DNA from: Chiloscyllium plagiosum
Lineage: Eukaryota
Assembly: GCF_004010195.1 (NCBI RefSeq)
Contig: NC_057719.1
Location: forward strand, 92,891,946-92,955,945
Direction: 5' to 3'
DNA length: 64,000 nt
In this document: piece by piece, positions 61,041 through 64,000 of the stretch
How the letters are laid out: every line of letters begins with the position of its first letter
Numbering within the stretch: position 1 is the stretch's first letter
Notes under the pieces: generated by a model
Databases searched by the model: none
Told to the model about the DNA's origin: nothing
The model's input: the letters and a program-made list of their open reading frames with translations, nothing else
Translations under genes and position numbers: made by a program

Positions 61041-62919
61041 TCGGTACGGACAGATGGTGGGCATGGTGTAATAGTTTCGAGTCCTCCATTATTAAGTGTA
61101 GTGGAATCGGCTGCTCAGACGTCCATATTTTCTCCATTTGGTTTTCCTCTCAATCAAGTCGCGGTTTTCACTACCCCGGCTGCTTTATCATCTCAGTCCA
61201 TCCTGAACACGATAGGTCTTGGTAAGAATTCATTGTGAAAATATTAAAAAGGAGTCGGGGACTCCAGTGAGTTGCTGACTCCATTTAAAGGATAGAGACT
61301 TACTTATCGGGGTCCAGAATATAGTCATGCACTCTAATTGTGAAAAAATTAGAAGAGACTCCACATAAAGGTCGGGGACCTACGGATCTGGCATCGAGAA
61401 TAGAGTCGGGGCCCTACAATTAAATGAACAGGTCAGGGATCTGAATAATGAAGTATTTCGAATGAGCTGGGGGCTCAAATTCGGTCAAATTAGTGTTGTC
61501 TAAATTGATTTCCAAATAATTCTGTGAAAGAAGAATCGTGATATATTATAATAGGACTGTCAGTATTTTAGAATGTCGAGGATGTTTTATGGGAAATAAT
61601 TCGTCTTGATGTTTGTTGTTGGGTTGCTGATTCGTGAAAGTTTTAGGTCGACATTGTCTTCTTTGTTGTATCTATGTTGCTTGACTTCTCTTGCTTTGCT
61701 GCTGTCTTTTTTTGTCTGATACGGTGTTGTTCTGCTTGTGTTGCTGTTTGTTCTTTGTTAATTAACTTTAGGGGATTTTTTTTTCTTTTGCCGCGTTACA
61801 AAAATGCTGGCCAGGGAGAAAATTGCTGTTAAAAATGCTGATACAACTCTAGCACACTTAGTTCCGTAGCTGTGTGCCGCAGCGTGGATTTATGAGGCTA
61901 AACTCTCTAACTTTGACTGTACTGGAATGTGAATGCCTCATCATGCAAAAAACGTGTGTGTGTGTGTGAGAGAGAAAGAGAGACAGAGAAACAGACAGAG
62001 ACCGAACCACAAAGACTTCCTGCAGCCTGGACAAAATTTAAATCCTTGCTGTCTGATTTGAATGGACATTTTTTTGTTGGTGTTTGAATGCTTGTGTCTT
62101 GTTTTCTGAATATCCAGACAGAAAATAATGGCCTTGATTATAGAAATTGTGATTAGACATTTAAATTTGATTTGAAAATTGTATGCTGAAGATTTAAATT
62201 CACTTTAAAAAGTGTTTTAATATTGTGTTGTGGTATATGTTCAAATATTCATCTGTTTGAAATTAATTTGAAAATAAGAAATAATGGGAAATTATATCGG
62301 TTCGACCATTGAGAAAGATTGTCACTTGCAAGCGTTATGTGATAACTATTCAGAAAATCTCAATGTTTTTGACAGTTGTTTGCTCATTCAACACTGGATT
62401 TTGGAATAGTAGTCTTGCAGTATAGAGAGAGTGGATGGGTTAGAAGGCTTTTGGAAGCGACAGAGTTTCAAATCAGCTGACATGGGAGGCATCACGGAAT
62501 TGTCTGAAAATGGATTTCAAGGAGGAGAGGGTGAATCCAATGGGTGAGTGAAGTAAGGATAATAGTAACAGATTTGATGACAGTACAGAGCAAATGAGTA
62601 AACACATGGCAAAGAATACTCAACGGCAGAAGTGTGAAAGGATGCAAATTGGAATTCAGATTTAGGAGCAAAATATAATACTACAAAAAAAGAGTGTAAA
62701 GGAAGACAGATCAAGAAGTTTTCATAAACAAATATTAGAGCTGATAAATTTATTAAATGTACTGCCCATATTAATGGCAAAAGTTCATTGACAGTTGCAA
62801 CTATTTGGCAGATGCGGCAGCAAAAGCAGCCTCTAAAGATAGCTTATGATTGTGCCCAGAATCATGAGGCAGCCTACAAATTCTAACAAGTACCAGGCTA
62901 CTTCAGATAAATTAATGTG

Positions 62920-64000
62920 AACCATTCAAGATATTTTTAAACTTCAGGGGGACGCCTCTTACACGGTTAAGCTGTTACAGTCCGAGTTAGGCTGTTTATA
63001 TGACCCTGACCCTCAATTCTGGAGTATTCCCGTGGGTCAAACTTGTATGCCTGATGAACTTGATCTCTGGGTTATTAAATGTGTTCATTCAACACCTCAT
63101 TGTGGAACCAGGGCAGTTAGTGACTTTCTTCTGAGTCCTGGTGGCATCCCGTCTGCAGTTTGTTGGCTCAGAGAATTGCTTGATCTGTCAGGGGCATAAC
63201 CACGGTAACGGCGTTCCCTGTGGTCAGAGGAAGGTACCCTTCGCCTGGCAACGCTTTTTAGAGACATCAACTCGACTACATTGAGTTGTAGAAATGTCAA
63301 TGGTATAAATATGATCTGGTTATTGTCGATGCCTTTTCTAAGTGGACTGAAGCCTACCCTGCTACGATCACAACTGCTGAGAACGTGTTGAAGATTTTTC
63401 TTATGGAAATTATTCCCCGCTTCGGTATGCCTGCGTGCATTAGCTTGGAAAATGATAGGCACTTTGTTGGTGATATTAATGAAGAACTCTGTTCCCATCT
63501 TTCTATGCGTCGTCAACTGCATTGTGCTTATCGTCCTCAGGCTGACGGCCTTACCAGTCTCTTAAGACATAACTTTCCAAATTACTGGCTGACACTGGTT
63601 TCTCCTGGGTTATGCTACTCCCTGTGGCCTTATTCCATATACAATCTTCACCTGTAGGTAAGACATGACTGTCTCCAGCTAAGATTCTCGACGGTCGCCC
63701 GTTTCATACACCTTGGAATGATTCGACTCCCTCCTCATCCCACTTCCAACGTATGATCGAAGAAATGTTTGGTTATGTTCTTGCTCTAACTAACATTATG
63801 CATGCCTTTCAATCCCAGGTGCGTGCAGCAACGGCGATGTTCCCACCCTTTCGGCCCTGTCACGGGTAGAGCCTGGTTCGTATGTGCTTGTCAACAACTG
63901 GACTTACAAGGATCTCCAAACTGATGGATGGCCCCTACCAGGTTTTACTTACCACCCCTATGGTGGACAAAGTCGCTGGGCGCTCGGCTTCCGTTCATCT
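62920..64000 (+). pseudogene. pol: ERV integrase, frameshifted
   Basis: VHSTPHCG, QLDYIEL, LVIVDAFSKWTEAYP, EIIPRFGMPACISLENDRHF, LHCAYRPQADG, GPYQVLLTTP. Confidence 0.9.

Larger units (their letters stand above)
60334..64000 (+). mobile_element. Second class I ERV (different family): 5' LTR, PBS, long leader, gag N-terminus joined to RNase H end and integrase; runs off the window
   Basis: LTR-like block ending in CA at 61020 with AATAAA at ~60928, PBS, MGNYIGST... at 62284, IKCTAHING...ADAAAKAA at ~62750-62830, then integrase core. Confidence 0.85.

Overview
This is repeat-dense vertebrate DNA, almost certainly from a shark or other elasmobranch (HE1-type SINEs, CR1/HER1-type LINEs, GPR139-like receptor). 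There is no bacterial or CRISPR content. The only apparently intact host gene is a two-exon class A GPCR of the GPR139/142-like family (+ strand; exon 1 ~31802-32018, 16.1-kb intron, exon 2 48134-49041). The rest comprises many CR1 and other LINE fragments, SINEs, a Penelope-like element, short Penelope-derived repeats carrying minimal hammerhead-ribozyme motifs, four minisatellite arrays (44, 23, 65 and 32/34 bp units), a decayed Harbinger Myb/SANT gene and a decayed C2H2 zinc-finger gene. Two solo LTR copies interrupt the zinc-finger gene at the same position within two different fingers. There are also two class I endogenous retroviruses. The first (18082-21009) is scrambled, with PR-N and RT-N on the strand opposite the rest, and it carries a 2H-phosphodiesterase-like domain after the protease. 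A solo LTR of the same family lies at 55459-55889. All translations and alignments were done by eye, so boundaries of decayed repeats are approximate and family names are from recognition, not database search.
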